Of a DNA stretch of 52,966 nucleotides, positions 50,767-52,966 are shown piece by piece (within the stretch, counting starts at the first letter, position 1; each line of letters starts with the position of its first letter). The notes under the pieces are model-generated. The model searched no databases, was not told where the DNA came from, and saw nothing but the letters and a program-made list of their open reading frames with translations. This stretch comes from Methanotrichaceae archaeon. GTDB lineage: Archaea > Halobacteriota > Methanosarcinia > Methanotrichales > Methanotrichaceae. The position numbers and the translations under genes were made by a program. The stretch spans positions 1 to 52,966 of the forward strand of contig CAWEXU010000019.1 in assembly GCA_963813075.1 (NCBI GenBank), written 5' to 3'.

Positions 50767-52835
50767 CTCCTGATCCTTTCTACCTTCACCGCACAGGCTT
50801 TGTATTCGGGAATCTTCGCCCTGCTATCCAGTGCGTCATTGGTCAGGATGTTGGCGGCACACTCCTTGAAATGGAAGGGAACGAATAGCACTCCCTCTTT
50901 GATGTCCCCGGTCACCCTGGCCGGAATCTCGATTTTTCCCCGGCGGGTTGAGACCAGGATCTCCTCACCATCCTCTATTCCCAATTTTTTGGCGTCCAGG
51001 GGATTGATCTCCACCCAGCCGGTCTTGACCTCGGAGTCGAGGCTCTCTGAGCGGCGGGTCATGGTTCCCGTATGCCAGTGCCATATGCTCCTGCCGGTGG
51101 TCAGAATGAATGGAAACTCGGCGTCAGGGACCTCAGCCGGCGGCTGCCAGTGCACTGCGGTGAAGACTCCCAGGCCGTCGGGGGTGGAGAACCTCTCAGT
51201 ATGAAGAACCGCCGTTCCCGGATGATCCCGGTCCGGGCAGGGCCACTGAAGGGCAGAGGGGTCTTCCAGCCTCGCATAGTTCATCCCCCCATAAGAGGGA
51301 GTGGCGCGAGCGATCTCGTCGAATATGTCGCTTGCATCCTGATAGGAAAACTGCTCCCCGTATCCCATGTATCTTGCCAGCCGGCAGAGGATGCGCCAGT
51401 CGGGCAGGGCCTCGCCAGGAGGATCGACTGCCTTCCTCCACCTCTGCACCCGCCGCTCGGTGTTGGTGTGAGTCCCATCCTTCTCCGCATAGCAGGCCGA
51501 GGGCAAAAGGACGTCTGCAAGCTCTGCCGTCTCGGACAGGAAGATATCCTGACAGACCAGGAAGTCCAGATTCTCCAGGGCCGTACGAACTCGATTCACA
51601 TTCGGCTCGGAGAGGATCGGGTTCTCTCCCATCATGTACAGGCATTTTATCCTGCCCTGATGGGACTGCTCGATCATCTCCGTGGCCGTATAGCCCTGAT
51701 TGCAGGCGATCTCGTCTTTTCCCCAGAGGGTCATCATCCTCTGCCTGCACTCTGCGTTTGATACCTTCTGGTAGCCGCTGAATAGATCAGGCAGGCAGCC
51801 CATATCGCAGGCCCCCTGGACGTTGTTCTGGCCCCGGAGGGGATTGACTCCGCTCCCCGGCTTTCCGATGTTGCCGGTGAGCATCATCAGATTGGCCACG
51901 GACAGGACGTTGTCCACTCCGGTGGTGTGCTGGGTGATTCCCATGGAGTAGATGAGAGCGCATGGTTTGGATTTTGCTATCCATTCCCCGGCGGTGAATA
52001 GATCTGCCTCGTCGATGCCGCATATCCGGCTTACGTTCTCCGGGCAGTAATTCTCGTCCAGCACAGTCTCTCTAAGCGATTGGAAGCCGCGGGTCCTCTT
52101 GGCAATGAAATCACTATCCTCCCAGCCGTTCTTGATGATGATATGCATGAGGCCGTTGAAGAGAGCCACGTCGGTTCCCGAATAGATGGAAAGGAATAGG
52201 TCAGACTGCTTTGCTGTGGGGGTGTGTCTGGGATCGGCATAGATTATCTTCGCCCCCTTTTTCCGGGCGAGGAGCAGTCTTCTCCCGATCAGTGGATGCT
52301 GCTCAAATGTATTGCTCCCAATGACGAACAGGCATTTAGCCTCCTCCAGGTCCAGGATGGAGTTGGTCATGGCTCCCGAGCCGAAGACCTGGGATAGGGC
52401 GGCGACGGTGGGCGAATGGCAGAGCCGGGCGCAGTTGTCAATGTTGTTGGTCTTGAGCACCAGCCGGGCGAACTTCTGCATGAGGTAGTTGTCCTCATTG
52501 GAGGCTTTGGAGGATGAAAAGCAGCCGATCTCCTCCGGCGGGAAGGATCTGAATCTCTCGGCGATCAGGCAGAGGGCTTCCTCCCAGGAGGAGGGGACAA
52601 AGACCCCATCTTTCTTTATCAGGGGAACCGTGAGGCGGTCGGGGTGGTGGATGAACTCATGGGCGTACCTCCCCTTCTGGCAGAGCTTGCCCTCATTGAT
52701 GGGAGGGCTATGCCAGGGCTCTATTCCCAGGACCCGACCGTCCCTGACTGCCAGATTGAAGCTGCATCCCGTGCCGCAGTAAGGGCAGGTGGTGGGAACG
52801 AATCTCAGATCCAGTCCTTCTCTCAAAGCCATCAA
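50763..52835 (-). CDS. fdhA: Formate dehydrogenase alpha subunit (Mo/W-bisPGD, Cys-type)
   Basis: TCPYCGTGC...LC.KG, DNCARLCH, MGITQH, LRGQNNVQGACDMG, PEYKACAV. Confidence 0.93.
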   Translation of the reverse strand: MMALREGLDLRFVPTTCPYCGTGCSFNLAVRDGRVLGIEPWHSPPINEGKLCQKGRYAHEFIHHPDRLTVPLIKKDGVFVPSSWEEALCLIAERFRSFPPEEIGCFSSSKASNEDNYLMQKFARLVLKTNNIDNCARLCHSPTVAALSQVFGSGAMTNSILDLEEAKCLFVIGSNTFEQHPLIGRRLLLARKKGAKIIYADPRHTPTAKQSDLFLSIYSGTDVALFNGLMHIIIKNGWEDSDFIAKRTRGFQSLRETVLDENYCPENVSRICGIDEADLFTAGEWIAKSKPCALIYSMGITQHTTGVDNVLSVANLMMLTGNIGKPGSGVNPLRGQNNVQGACDMGCLPDLFSGYQKVSNAECRQRMMTLWGKDEIACNQGYTATEMIEQSHQGRIKCLYMMGENPILSEPNVNRVRTALENLDFLVCQDIFLSETAELADVLLPSACYAEKDGTHTNTERRVQRWRKAVDPPGEALPDWRILCRLARYMGYGEQFSYQDASDIFDEIARATPSYGGMNYARLEDPSALQWPCPDRDHPGTAVLHTERFSTPDGLGVFTAVHWQPPAEVPDAEFPFILTTGRSIWHWHTGTMTRRSESLDSEVKTGWVEINPLDAKKLGIEDGEEILVSTRRGKIEIPARVTGDIKEGVLFVPFHFKECAANILTNDALDSRAKIPEYKACAVKVERIRR

Positions 52836-52966
52836 ACCCCAATATCTGAATATTGTTCAAAGTATATGAAAGTTCCATTTTAATTGGCCAGATCCTTGAT
52901 AGGATTATTAAGTAATAATTGGTCTTAAATAACCCTATTTATCATATCAATAGTCATCATTGATCC

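Noticed and set aside
1..52966. tRNA, rRNA or integrase/att sites
   Set aside because: None recognisable by eye; a covariance-model scan would be needed to exclude them

Overview
Chromosomal window from a methanogenic archaeon, most likely Methanothrix/Methanotrichales (inferred from gene content: methanogenesis marker 14, an MCR component A2-like ATPase, radA-RPA, F420-type fdhAB, a Methanosarcinales-type prenyl synthase). Most of it is housekeeping and metabolic genes (metG, radA, moaA, modA, pyrF, tex, acyl-CoA synthetase, glutamate synthase FMN subunit, HMG-CoA synthase, PAPS-reductase-like protein). There are two accessory patches. At 2.6-6.0 kb: a nested transposon remnant (IS200/IS605 tnpB 3' tail with right-end hairpins, a truncated IS3, an interrupted Zn-ribbon transposase) plus HicB relics. 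At 33.4-35.6 kb: toxin-antitoxin genes and a SLATT/DUF4231 gene. About ten genes, including essential metG, are split by apparent single-base insertions, probably long-read assembly errors. Best leads: (1) a GFPP-synthase-like gene overlapping a radical SAM gene, a candidate methanophenazine biosynthesis module; (2) two paralogous small secreted proteins with DIVGS repeats and CxxC-rich tails, beside an ArsA/Get3 ATPase and a VIT-VWA protein; (3) two related non-coding MITE-like elements with internal palindromes; (4) an orphan TnpB right-end RNA-like structure; (5) a stand-alone PriL Fe-S-domain protein. All family assignments are from motif recognition by eye, not database searches.
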